From positions 16,998-80,997 of the forward strand of contig JALOCA010000006.1 of assembly GCA_023227965.1 (NCBI GenBank): 64,000 bases of DNA, written 5' to 3'. The notes beneath the pieces are model-generated. The model did not search any database, was not told the DNA's origin, and saw only the letters and a program-made list of their open reading frames with translations. The stretch comes from Lentimicrobiaceae bacterium (GTDB lineage Bacteria > Bacteroidota > Bacteroidia > Bacteroidales > JALOCA01). Every line of letters starts with the position of its first letter. Positions within the stretch are counted from its first letter, which is position 1. The position numbers and the translations under genes were made by a program. Positions 22,191-31,312 of this stretch are shown here, piece by piece.

Positions 22191-22802
22191 ATGGCTATGA
22201 AAGCATACAAATTCAGAATGATATTAGAAGATCATGATGACTTTTTGAGGGATATTGAGATTTTACCCAATCAAACATTTGAAGATTTTCATAAAATCAT
22301 ATTATCCACTACCGGCTTAAACGGGCAGGAACTGGCTTCTTTTTACACCTGCAACAGCAATTGGCGCAAGCAAAAAGAAATTACCCTGATAGATATGAAT
22401 GATGAACAGGATGTTGCAGATGAGGTGGAGGAAGATGAAAATATTCCCAAAAAACATCTTTACGTGATGAATGAATCCAAAATCAGGGATTTTATTGAAG
22501 ATCCCCACCAACGCATCATCTACGAATACGATTTTTTCAATTTGAAAACTTTTTTTATTGAACTTTCGAAGATCATAACAGCCGACGAGCCGGAGTCCGC
22601 TTTTCCGCGTTGCGTAAAAAGTCAGGGAAATTTGCCTCAGAAACCGGTTCTTAAAACCGGCACCTCAGGCGATGAAGGAATGAACACCGAACTCTCCGAT
22701 GAGGACATGGAAGACGATGCACTTTTCGGCGACGGCGACAACTTTGAAATAAGCCCCGATTTTTCAGAATTTAATGAGGGTTTTGAAGAACTCAAATTCT
22801 GA
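22191..22802 (+). CDS. Conserved hypothetical protein (pRiA4b ORF-3 / IS1096 passenger TnpR-like) with acidic tail
   Basis: RDIEI....TFEDFH, LASFY, IIYEYDF motifs and a D/E-rich C-terminus; overlaps the miaA start. Confidence 0.65.
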   Translation: MAMKAYKFRMILEDHDDFLRDIEILPNQTFEDFHKIILSTTGLNGQELASFYTCNSNWRKQKEITLIDMNDEQDVADEVEEDENIPKKHLYVMNESKIRDFIEDPHQRIIYEYDFFNLKTFFIELSKIITADEPESAFPRCVKSQGNLPQKPVLKTGTSGDEGMNTELSDEDMEDDALFGDGDNFEISPDFSEFNEGFEELKF

Positions 22803-23706
22803 CCGGCTGTTAGTGGTGATAGCAGGACCTACTGCTGTCGGGAAAACCCGTATTGCCATAGAAATAGCCCGCTTTTTTCATACCGAAATCCTTTCAGCCG
22901 ATTCAAGGCAGTTTTACCGAGAGATGAAGATAGGAACGGCAGTTCCTACCGATAGTGAACTTTCGTTGGTGAAACACCATTTTATCGGTAACCTTTCTAT
23001 CCACGAACCTTATAACGTATCCCGTTACGAAACCGATGCCCTTGCCTTGCTTGACCCGCTTTTTCTCCGGCATAATATTATTGTCATGGCAGGAGGCTCC
23101 GGATTATATATCAGGGCTGTTTGTGAAGGCATTGATGTACTGCCCGATCCCGACCCGACACTGAGAAACCGTTTAAAAAACATTTTTGCAAACGAAGGAA
23201 TCCTCCCTTTGCAGCAGATGCTCGCCCAGCTCGATCCTGATTATTTTGCTATCGTTGATAAACAAAACCCGGTACGGCTGATGCGTGCCATTGAAGTTTG
23301 CGAAATGTCGGGTAAAACCTTTACAAAACTACGGCAACAGCAAACTCAGGTGCGCAAATTTTCTGTCCTGAAAATAGGAATTTTTCTGGAACGACATGTC
23401 CTCAACCAGCAGATCAATGCACGTGTTGACAGCATGATTGCGCAGGGACTCGTGGAAGAAGCCCGCTATTTATATCCTTTCCGGAATTGTAACGCCCTGA
23501 ATACCGTAGGATATAGCGAACTATTTGCCTTTTTCGACGGAAAAATTTCATTAGAGCAGGCAATTATCAACATTAAAACCAACACCCGTCGGTATGCAAA
23601 ACGCCAGATTACCTGGCTAAATAAAGAAAATAACCTGCATATTTTCAGCCCCGGACAAATTCCAGAAATTTTGCAGTGCATAAGTGAACACACAATTCAT
23701 TCCTGA
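22774..23706 (+). CDS. miaA: tRNA dimethylallyltransferase
   Basis: GPTAVGKT P-loop, ADSRQFY..MKIGTA, GGSGLY, TRRYAKRQITW. The true start may be a few codons downstream. Confidence 0.95.
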   Translation: MRVLKNSNSDRLLVVIAGPTAVGKTRIAIEIARFFHTEILSADSRQFYREMKIGTAVPTDSELSLVKHHFIGNLSIHEPYNVSRYETDALALLDPLFLRHNIIVMAGGSGLYIRAVCEGIDVLPDPDPTLRNRLKNIFANEGILPLQQMLAQLDPDYFAIVDKQNPVRLMRAIEVCEMSGKTFTKLRQQQTQVRKFSVLKIGIFLERHVLNQQINARVDSMIAQGLVEEARYLYPFRNCNALNTVGYSELFAFFDGKISLEQAIINIKTNTRRYAKRQITWLNKENNLHIFSPGQIPEILQCISEHTIHS

Positions 23707-23809
23707 TATATTTTTACAAAATAAATATTTATATATTTACACCGCTTTTGCACTCCGATGATTGCCGGGAAAATATTAATTAACTTATCAATCTATAAAA
23801 TAAACAGTT

Positions 23810-26731
23810 ATGAAAAAATCGTACGCATTTATTTTGGGACTGTTAGTTTGTCCCATGCTGCTTTTTGCCTCTTATGGGGTAAACGGTAAAAAAAACATTC
23901 CTCCCGTTAAAAAAGGAGGAGAATGGACTATCACTCAAACATTTCAGATAGTGGAAGACGCTTCCGGACTTGCCTGGGACGGAACTTCTCTATATTGTGG
24001 AATATACGGTTCAAATGGGAATAATATTTACCAGATTAATCCTTCCACAGGAAGTTATTCACTGGCTTTTACCGGTCCGCAGGAGGATGCTTACGGGCTT
24101 ACTTTTGACGGAACCTATTTCTGGACTATCATCCAGCCTTCCAGTTCATCTCAGCCGGCAAAAGCTACACAGTTCGATTATTCGGGTAACCTTATCTCGC
24201 AATTTGACTTGCCGACGCATTACATGAGCGGAATCGCTTATGATAACGGAGATTTTTGGGTAGCAGCCTATTACCCTGATCCTTCGACGATATATAAAGT
24301 TAGTTCCAGCGGTGTCATTCAGCAGCAATTTACAGCTCCTGACAACCAACCTTGGGACGTTTGCGTAGAAGGCGATTATCTTTGGATAGCTGATTACTGG
24401 GGTAATCACCTGTATAAAGTAGCTAAAACCGATGGTAGCCTGCAGGAATCGCATGTTTCGGAAAGCACTGACCCGGCAGGCATAGTTTATGATGGACAGT
24501 ATCTGTGGTATATAGATAATGGTACAGACTATCAGAATGATATGCTGTATAAAGTAGATCTTGGAGGAAGCGGAACCCCTGTTATTCACCTTCCGGCTAT
24601 GGTGCATAATTATGGAAATATTACCGTTGGTGACAGTGCTACCTGGAATATGGTAATTGAAAATTCTGGAACAGGCGAACTTTTCGTTACCAACGTGGAA
24701 GTACAAAATGCCGTACCAATTTTTTATACTTACGCCTTTCCTGCCAATATCGCTCCGGGAGGTTCCATTACTATTCCAATAATCTATGCACCGACGGAAC
24801 AATCAAGCCTGAACACGGTGATAGTGGTAAAATCCTCCGACCCGGTTACTCCTGAAGTTGAAGTGGAACTTACAGGTGAAGCCGTATACGACGGACCACA
24901 TATCAGCATCAGCAATCCTATTCATAATTATGGTAATGTACGTGTTAATGCAATAACCCGATGGTTTGTAGAAGTGAATAACACGGGCAATCAACCCCTC
25001 GTAATCTCAGATATCAATATTTCCAGTGCTCAGTTTACATTAGATGAAAGCGTTAATTTTCCGATTACAGTTCCTATATTAGGTGAAAAAACCATCGGAA
25101 TTTGGTTTAACCCAACCCAGACAATAACGTATGATGCACAGATGAATATTTTCAGTAATGACGTTCTCCAAAATCCGTTTGTGGTTGAACTGAGTGGAAC
25201 AGGCGACGATAGCCCTTATCCGATAGGTGAAAAATTGTGGGAATATACTATTACCGGCGGCTTAGACAACAGTCCTAAAGCCATGATTTCCTTGCCTGAT
25301 ATCACCGGTGACGGAATTGATGATGTGATTGTAGGTTCTGAAGACTACGTAATCAGATGTTTAAATGGAAATTCATCCGGTCAGGCGGATGTAATCTGGG
25401 AATTTTCTATTTACTCCGGTGCTGTTTATCAGCAGGCTGACTTGAGTATAATTCCTGATATTGATGAAGATGGATATTCTGATGTGATAGTGGGTACCGT
25501 ATGGGGCGATTGTTCTATCATTGCTCTTTCGGGGAAAACCGGAGCACAAATCTGGAAACATGATACACACGAATATGGCGATGGCGGCTGGGTTTACCAG
25601 GTTGACGCCAGCTTTGATTTTAATAACGATGGCACACGCGACGTTCTCGCATGTGCAGGAGATGATGGTAATGGTACGGGTCCAAATCGCGTTTATTGTC
25701 TTAATGGATTGAATGGTAATTCTATTTGGGAAAAGCCAACAAACGGACCGGCTTTTGCCGTTATTGGCATTGAAGATATCAATGGTGACGGGAAACCTGA
25801 TGTGTTGGCTGGTGCTTCCGATGAAGACGAAATTCAAGGAACGGCTTATGCCATCAACGGTATCAATGGCGCGCTCCTATGGTCTTTTAATGTAAGCGGG
25901 AGCTCTGTTTGGGCATTAGTTCAATTGGATGATATTAACGGTGACAGTAAAAAGGATGTTGCCGTTGGAGATTTTTCAGGTCATTATTACTTGTTGAATT
26001 CTGCAAACGGAAATGTTTTATCACAGGGGAATATAGGGGTTCACATTATCTTACGCTTTCAGAAATTTGATGATGTTAACGGCGACGGACATCCCGATTT
26101 TGCCATTGCCCATAGTGGTTCACTTGCTGCTATGGTTGACGGGTTTACCGGAGATTTTTTGTGGACTTATGCTTTGCCCGACATGCCTTGGACTGTAGCC
26201 CGCATTGCCGACGTCAGCGGCGACCATATTAACGATGTGATTTATGGAACACTATACACAGATAATTTCGTATTTTATATTAACGGAGTGAATGGGGAAG
26301 AACTGAAATCTGTAACCATGCCTTCGGCAGTAGATGCTTTGACAACCATCCCCGACATAAACGGTGATTTTTCTATGGAAGTAGTCGCTGGCGGCAGAGA
26401 GGGCGAAGTTAAATGCCTTTCGGGCGGTTTAGATGGTTCGGTGGGTGTGCCCGAAAATCCGGAAATTAATATTAGCGAAGATTTTAGCATTTATCCAAAT
26501 CCCGTTCATTCGCAAAGCGATATTTCTTTTTCAATAAATGAAAACGAAAGGGCTACTCTGAATTTGTATTCTGTAAATGGTAAAAAAGTAACAGTTTTGT
26601 TAGACGCAACCTTGGAAAAAGGAATTTACAATTTCAATTTTGATGCAAAGAATTTCTGTAATGGTATCTATATTGCCGAACTTATCAGAGGACAGGAAAA
26701 AATCACCCGGAAAATGATGATTTGTAGGTAA
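23810..26731 (+). CDS. Secreted multidomain T9SS substrate: N-terminal beta-propeller, two choice-of-anchor D/ASH Ig-like domains, FG-GAP/PQQ-like propeller, CTD
   Basis: GLAWDG/GLTFDG/GIAYD repeats; two HNYGN(I/V)xV...N(S/T)G...L repeats; DxxGDGxxD repeats; IYPNP...GIY C-terminus. Confidence 0.78.
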   Translation: MKKSYAFILGLLVCPMLLFASYGVNGKKNIPPVKKGGEWTITQTFQIVEDASGLAWDGTSLYCGIYGSNGNNIYQINPSTGSYSLAFTGPQEDAYGLTFDGTYFWTIIQPSSSSQPAKATQFDYSGNLISQFDLPTHYMSGIAYDNGDFWVAAYYPDPSTIYKVSSSGVIQQQFTAPDNQPWDVCVEGDYLWIADYWGNHLYKVAKTDGSLQESHVSESTDPAGIVYDGQYLWYIDNGTDYQNDMLYKVDLGGSGTPVIHLPAMVHNYGNITVGDSATWNMVIENSGTGELFVTNVEVQNAVPIFYTYAFPANIAPGGSITIPIIYAPTEQSSLNTVIVVKSSDPVTPEVEVELTGEAVYDGPHISISNPIHNYGNVRVNAITRWFVEVNNTGNQPLVISDINISSAQFTLDESVNFPITVPILGEKTIGIWFNPTQTITYDAQMNIFSNDVLQNPFVVELSGTGDDSPYPIGEKLWEYTITGGLDNSPKAMISLPDITGDGIDDVIVGSEDYVIRCLNGNSSGQADVIWEFSIYSGAVYQQADLSIIPDIDEDGYSDVIVGTVWGDCSIIALSGKTGAQIWKHDTHEYGDGGWVYQVDASFDFNNDGTRDVLACAGDDGNGTGPNRVYCLNGLNGNSIWEKPTNGPAFAVIGIEDINGDGKPDVLAGASDEDEIQGTAYAINGINGALLWSFNVSGSSVWALVQLDDINGDSKKDVAVGDFSGHYYLLNSANGNVLSQGNIGVHIILRFQKFDDVNGDGHPDFAIAHSGSLAAMVDGFTGDFLWTYALPDMPWTVARIADVSGDHINDVIYGTLYTDNFVFYINGVNGEELKSVTMPSAVDALTTIPDINGDFSMEVVAGGREGEVKCLSGGLDGSVGVPENPEINISEDFSIYPNPVHSQSDISFSINENERATLNLYSVNGKKVTVLLDATLEKGIYNFNFDAKNFCNGIYIAELIRGQEKITRKMMICR

Positions 26732-26737
26732 AAAAAT

Positions 26738-26771
26738 AAAAAACTCCTCTGTACCATGGAGGAGTTTTTTT
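26738..26771. terminator. Bidirectional intrinsic terminator
   Basis: AAAAAACTCCTC-TGTACCATG-GAGGAGTTTTTT between convergent genes. Confidence 0.8.
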
Positions 26772-26791
26772 ATTACTAATATCTTACAAAG

Positions 26792-27043
26792 TTACATCGT
26801 ATTTGCTTTGCGTGTAAGTTTCGATTTAAGATTGCCGGCTTTATTTTTATGGATAATGGTTTTTTTAGCCAGTTTATCAATCATCGAAACCACCTTGGGC
26901 AAAATTTCCGAAGCTTCTGTTTTATTGGTGAGTGCACGAAATTTTCTTACTGCGTTTCGTACGGTGCGGGCATAATAACGGTTTTGAATACGACGCTTTT
27001 CGTTAGCACGAATTCTTTTTAATGCTGAAGTATGGTTTGCCAT
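26792..27043 (-). CDS. rpsT: 30S ribosomal protein S20
   Basis: [12 protein letters not shown]...[14 protein letters not shown]. Confidence 0.97.
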   Translation of the reverse strand: MANHTSALKRIRANEKRRIQNRYYARTVRNAVRKFRALTNKTEASEILPKVVSMIDKLAKKTIIHKNKAGNLKSKLTRKANTM

Positions 27044-27059
27044 TTTAACAAAAATTTTG

Positions 27060-27133
27060 TAGCCCGTAGGGGACTCGAACCCCTGATTTCAAGAATGAAA
27101 ATCTTGCGTCCTAACCAGCTAGACGAACGGGCC
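27060..27133 (-). tRNA. tRNA-Glu (TTC)
   Basis: Reverse complement GGCCCGTTCGTCTAGCTGGTTAGGACGCAAGATTTTCATTCTTGAAATCAGGGGTTCGAGTCCCCTACGGGCTA folds as a cloverleaf; anticodon TTC. Confidence 0.96.
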
Positions 27134-27153
27134 ATGGTTAAGATTTGGGACTG

Positions 27154-27161
27154 CAAAGGTA
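27154..27161 (-). promoter_or_regulatory. -7 promoter box (TACCTTTG) for tRNA-Glu-rpsT
   Basis: TAnnTTTG about 20 nt upstream of the tRNA. Confidence 0.65.
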
Positions 27162-27362
27162 GAATAATTATTTATTCGACCAAATATATGATTAAAAAAT
27201 TTTAATTATCTAAAATACCTGAGTATTACTGCAAAATTTACAGGAGAAAACGTAGTAAAAAATATGTAAAAACCGGAAAAATAATATTGTTTTGTCGTGA
27301 AATAGGTTGACAAAAAAATAAATCATTATTCGTACAAGACTTTAATTTCCGATAGTATTTAA

Positions 27363-28445
27363 TCAGAACTTATAAATCATTGCATTAATATTCATCCCTG
27401 CTCCAACAGATGCGAAAACAACGTTATCACCTTTATTTATTCTATGAGTTTTAAGCGAATTTGTTAAAATAAGGTTTAATAAAGTCGGAATAGTAGCTAC
27501 GGATGAGTTGCCCAACCATGCAATCGTCATAGGCATGATGTTTTCGGGTAATTCAGCCACACCATACAAGCTGTACAGCCTTTTTAAAATTGCATCATCC
27601 ATTTTTCCGTTAGCCTGGTGGATCAGCACTTTTTTAATTTCGCTGAGATGCGTCTTACTCTTCTCAAGGCAGTCTTTTATTGCCTGAGGCACCATTTCAA
27701 GAGCATATTGATACAACTTCCGACCGTTCATCTTTAAAAAAAGCTCATTTTTGTTTATATTGTCAGGCTTGTTTGATTTGCCCATATATAACATCTTGGA
27801 AAATAAGAATGTATCCGAACGTGTTTTATGTGCGAGTATTCCAATGGGTCTATCACTATTTTTTGCTTCAAGAACTGCTGCTCCGGCACCATCGGCATAT
27901 AGCATACTGTCCCTGTCGTGTGGATCGGAAACCCGGGACAATATTTCTGCTCCAATAACCAGTATCTTTTTTGCATCCCCTGACTTTAAATAATAATCAG
28001 CCTGAATAACAGCTTGCAACCAACCCGGACATCCAAATGACAAATCATAAGCTACAGTATTGGGGTTTTGTATTCCTAATTTATATTTTACCCGGGCAGC
28101 TAAGCTGGGTACCAAATCGGATCGCTTATTGTCATTTTTTACGTCGCCAAAATTATGTGCAACAATTAAATAGTCTAGTTCTTCTTTATCAATGTTGGCA
28201 GATTTAATAGCATCGGCGGCAGCATAACTGGCAATATCGGAGGTTACCAAATCGTTTGTAACGTGTCGTCTTTCGGCAATGGTTGTTATTTCCAAAAATT
28301 TATCAATTATTTCTTTATTCGTATTATCGAGTTTTTTCCCTTCAGAATCATAAAATTCATTAGTAAGAAAATCTTCATTTTTGATACGTATTGATGGGAT
28401 ATATATTCCCGTTCCCGTAATCACACTGTAAATGGTATCATTCAT
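27363..28445 (-). CDS. 3-oxoacyl-ACP synthase III (FabH) family protein
   Basis: Catalytic FGCPGW (Cys), IHQAN (His), LGNSS (Asn); ADGAGA; ASVGAG. Confidence 0.9.
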   Translation of the reverse strand: MNDTIYSVITGTGIYIPSIRIKNEDFLTNEFYDSEGKKLDNTNKEIIDKFLEITTIAERRHVTNDLVTSDIASYAAADAIKSANIDKEELDYLIVAHNFGDVKNDNKRSDLVPSLAARVKYKLGIQNPNTVAYDLSFGCPGWLQAVIQADYYLKSGDAKKILVIGAEILSRVSDPHDRDSMLYADGAGAAVLEAKNSDRPIGILAHKTRSDTFLFSKMLYMGKSNKPDNINKNELFLKMNGRKLYQYALEMVPQAIKDCLEKSKTHLSEIKKVLIHQANGKMDDAILKRLYSLYGVAELPENIMPMTIAWLGNSSVATIPTLLNLILTNSLKTHRINKGDNVVFASVGAGMNINAMIYKF

Positions 28446-28755
28446 ATTTATTACTGCTAACAATTAATATATACGTACATAGCGTATATTTCCCTTTTAC
28501 CGGAAGGCTTGATTATTAAATTAATATTTTTTTGTAAAATTACTAAATTTTGTATTCCATATTTATCAAAATGAATTTTGTACGGATTTACCGCAAAAAA
28601 CAATATTGTTAACGAATGAAATTAATACATTCCCATTCATATTTTACATAACTATTACATAAGATTAAGGTATATTTTCTCATACTTTGTATGGGGTTAC
28701 TTTTGTTAGATTTAGTAATCCCTTTTTTTGTTTTATAAAAAATTAAAAAACTTCT

Positions 28756-28791
28756 AAAAAACCCTCAAGGTTTTAAAAACTTTAAGGGTTT
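28756..28791. repeat. REP-like palindrome, degenerate copy
   Basis: AAAAAACCCTCAAGGTTTTAAAAACTTTAAGGGTTT, near-identical to the perfect palindrome at 33687-33723. Confidence 0.65.
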
Positions 28792-29012
28792 GAAACCAGC
28801 CTCTTTCGCGGAGGACGATTTTTAAAAACTTGAAACCTGCCTCTCGCAGGTTTTTGGTAAACACATCCCTGTTAAGCGGGCTTACCTTTATTAGATTTTG
28901 TAATCCCTTCTTGCTTTTTAATATCGTGAGATAGTCTATTTTCAACCTTAAAAACCCGGCATTCAGCTAAATTTATTTTAGCATAAAAATTTATTTTATT
29001 CATTTTGCAGCC

Positions 29013-29529
29013 ATGAAAATTGTGAAAACATTATCTTGTTTATCAGGGAAAAGCATCATTTTAAATAATTCTTTTCGCAGTCCCGATTATACGGATTCTT
29101 ACATGGTTACTATCAAAGGAGAACCCAATTATTCGGCAGATTACCTTATGACTCTGTTTTTTACATCTGTTCTAAGTTGGATAAAGTTGCCGTTAAGAAA
29201 TGTTTTGGTAAAACCCCTTGGATTAAAAACCGGGTCTGTAAATATCTTCAACCCGCAAAAGAAATTATTTATAAAACAAGGGAAAAGGCAATTCTTTTTA
29301 CGGTTTTGCAAAAAAGCGAAGAAGAAACAATGTTGGCAGAAAAAGACAAACATTTTAATTTCGGAACTTCCATCCGGATAAAAAAAGGCACAAAACAGCC
29401 ACAATACCATATATGTTCTTCCACCGTAGTATGGCCTGGGGCAGACTGTATTTTTTTCGGTAAAACCTTTTTTACAGGCTTATTATCAAAACGATCATGA
29501 AGATATTAAAAACCAAATTAACTCAATAA
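29013..29529 (+). pseudogene. Frameshifted DUF2867-like gene
   Basis: Family-like segments fall in different frames: DYTDSY...LRNVLVKPLGLK (frame of 29013), EKDKHFNFGTS...STVV (frame of 29177), then GRLYFF / KPF / RLIIKTIMK after further shifts. Confidence 0.6.
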
Positions 29530-29545
29530 TAAATACCAGAAAACC

Positions 29546-29962
29546 ATGAAAAAAGCATTAATCATTTACCAAAGCAGGAAAGGAACAACACGTAAATATG
29601 GAGAAGCTATCGCTACTGAGCTTGAAAATTTAGGATTGCGTACCGTTGTTAAATCTATAAACGAAATAGATATAAGTAAGCCTGTAGATGCAGAGTTTGT
29701 ATTCTTAGGTTGTTGGACCAGCGGACTTTTCATTTGCATGCAACATCCGGAAAAAGCTTGGGTCAGTTTTGCAAAAAACCTGCTTATCCCCAACGGAACA
29801 CAAATGGGGCTGTTTACAACCTACAAGTTAGCTACTGGAAGTATGTTTTCAAACATGAAAAAACATATTAAAAACGGTAATCCGATAAGTTTTGAATTAA
29901 AGTCTAAAAACAGCAATTTAAGCGAAACCGATAAAAAGCGGATTCAACTGTTTTTGTCTTAG
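29546..29962 (+). CDS. Flavodoxin-like protein
   Basis: IIYQSRKGTTRKYGEAIA FMN-binding loop; VFLGCWT. Confidence 0.75.
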   Translation: MKKALIIYQSRKGTTRKYGEAIATELENLGLRTVVKSINEIDISKPVDAEFVFLGCWTSGLFICMQHPEKAWVSFAKNLLIPNGTQMGLFTTYKLATGSMFSNMKKHIKNGNPISFELKSKNSNLSETDKKRIQLFLS

Positions 29963-29971
29963 CTGGAATTG

Positions 29972-30160
29972 CTCCCGGTAGTTTTGGTATGGCTACCCAT
30001 GGTTTTGGTACAACTCCCAACGATTTTGGTAAGGCTTCCAGTGGTTTTGGCAATTGTAACTATAGCCATAGAATTGCTTGCGGCGATTTTGGTATTGGCA
30101 GCGGGTATTCTGGGATCATTCCCGATGGTTTTGGTAAGGCTTCCGATGGTTTTTACAGCA
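29972..30160. repeat. Degenerate 21-bp tandem repeat, about 9 units
   Basis: Consensus approximately CTTCCGATGGTTTTGGTAAGG; units start at 29972, 29993, 30014 ... 30140. Confidence 0.8.
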
Positions 30161-30210
30161 GCTTCATAATGGTTGATTCCGATGGCTATCGGAAGGAGAA
30201 TGGTATTACA

Positions 30211-30442
30211 AACCTGAGTCCGGGATAAATTTCCATCTGTTTGATAATAACCCGTCAGGGTTTTAATATCAGATAGAAAGGATTTTTTTCTGTGGATTCT
30301 CCGTCAGGAAATCAATAATGAATGTCCTCTGGACAATCTTTTCTTAAAAAATCAACATTTTATTAACATTCATCGCCTGCGGCGGAATGTAACATGAAGA
30401 AATATTACAGAAACGCTTTGCAACCTTACGCCAGCTCAGGTT
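30211..30442. mobile_element. MITE-like non-autonomous element, copy 1
   Basis: Ends AACCTGAGTCCGGGATAA ... TTACGCCAGCTCAGGTT form an imperfect inverted repeat; the internal ~150 bp is homologous to 35998-36142. Confidence 0.55.
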
Positions 30443-30753
30443 ACTAAGTAAATCGCTAAAAATCAAAAAGGGGAAAAATCACTTGCGCTCCTTGTGCCCT
30501 TAGTGGTTAATAAAAAAGGTACTGATAAAGTTACTAAGAGGTATAGATTTTCATAATCCATCCCAATCCGTTACATCTGCGTAATCCGCGTTCTATTTTT
30601 TTCTGATATACAACATTTGCCCAATTATTTACTTCCGGAACGTGAAAATATATTTCAATAGTTTAAAAACACCTGCTTATGGCTGACTAAATGATTTTTT
30701 TCTTAAGTTTGTTCAGTAAAAATTCCATTATTAAACTTTTTAAAAAAAACATT

Positions 30754-31248
30754 ATGACACACGAAACCAACCCCCAATGTTGCCCTGAATTTGATCCCGC
30801 TCCCTGGGACGGCATTACCCACCAATGGAAAGATAAACTTTTTCTGAAAGATTCCATGTGTACTTTTATGCACATTCCTTTCCCATGGAAAATTTCCAAA
30901 CTCATCAGTAGCTTATGGGAAAAAGCACAACAGGCAGGAGCCGCACCCGAACTGAAGGACTTTCTATTAATTGCCAACGACCCCAGCCCCTGGAAAAGCG
31001 ATTACTACCTTTGGATAAATAAAGAAGTCCCTGGTGGCAACAACGTAAAACTCTCCGGAACCTTTATTTCCAAAGTATTTGACGGACCTTACAGCGCAGT
31101 TCCCAAATGGATTAAAGAATTCAATGTTTATCTTGCCGGAAAAGGTCTTACTGCTGCCGATTTTTATTTTTACTACACCACCTGCCCCAAATGTGCTAAA
31201 AAATATGGGCATAATTACGTAGTAGCTTTCGCCAAATTAAAAGATTAG
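30754..31248 (+). CDS. Conserved hypothetical protein (often annotated 'hydrolase'; possibly GyrI-like fold) with Cys motifs
   Basis: CCPEFDPAPWD N-terminus, SKVFDGPY, YYTTCPKCAKKYGHNYVV. Confidence 0.65.
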   Translation: MTHETNPQCCPEFDPAPWDGITHQWKDKLFLKDSMCTFMHIPFPWKISKLISSLWEKAQQAGAAPELKDFLLIANDPSPWKSDYYLWINKEVPGGNNVKLSGTFISKVFDGPYSAVPKWIKEFNVYLAGKGLTAADFYFYYTTCPKCAKKYGHNYVVAFAKLKD

Positions 31249-31312
31249 ACAGTTAAAAGAAGTCCGTTTTTCCTAATTTTTTGTACTTTCGTTACTTAAT
31301 AATCCCATCATT

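Noticed and set aside
22191..22802. Mobile element implied by the pRiA4b ORF-3/TnpR-like family name
   Set aside because: No transposase or inverted repeats; the gene is embedded in the housekeeping cca-miaA run.
28754..28945. 63-aa ORF ending FQTLKVFKTLRVF
   Set aside because: The C-terminus is simply the translation of the REP-like palindrome; TTG start and no protein motif.
29972..30160. Possible CRISPR array
   Set aside because: Units are contiguous degenerate 21-mers with no unique spacers, and there are no cas genes in the window.
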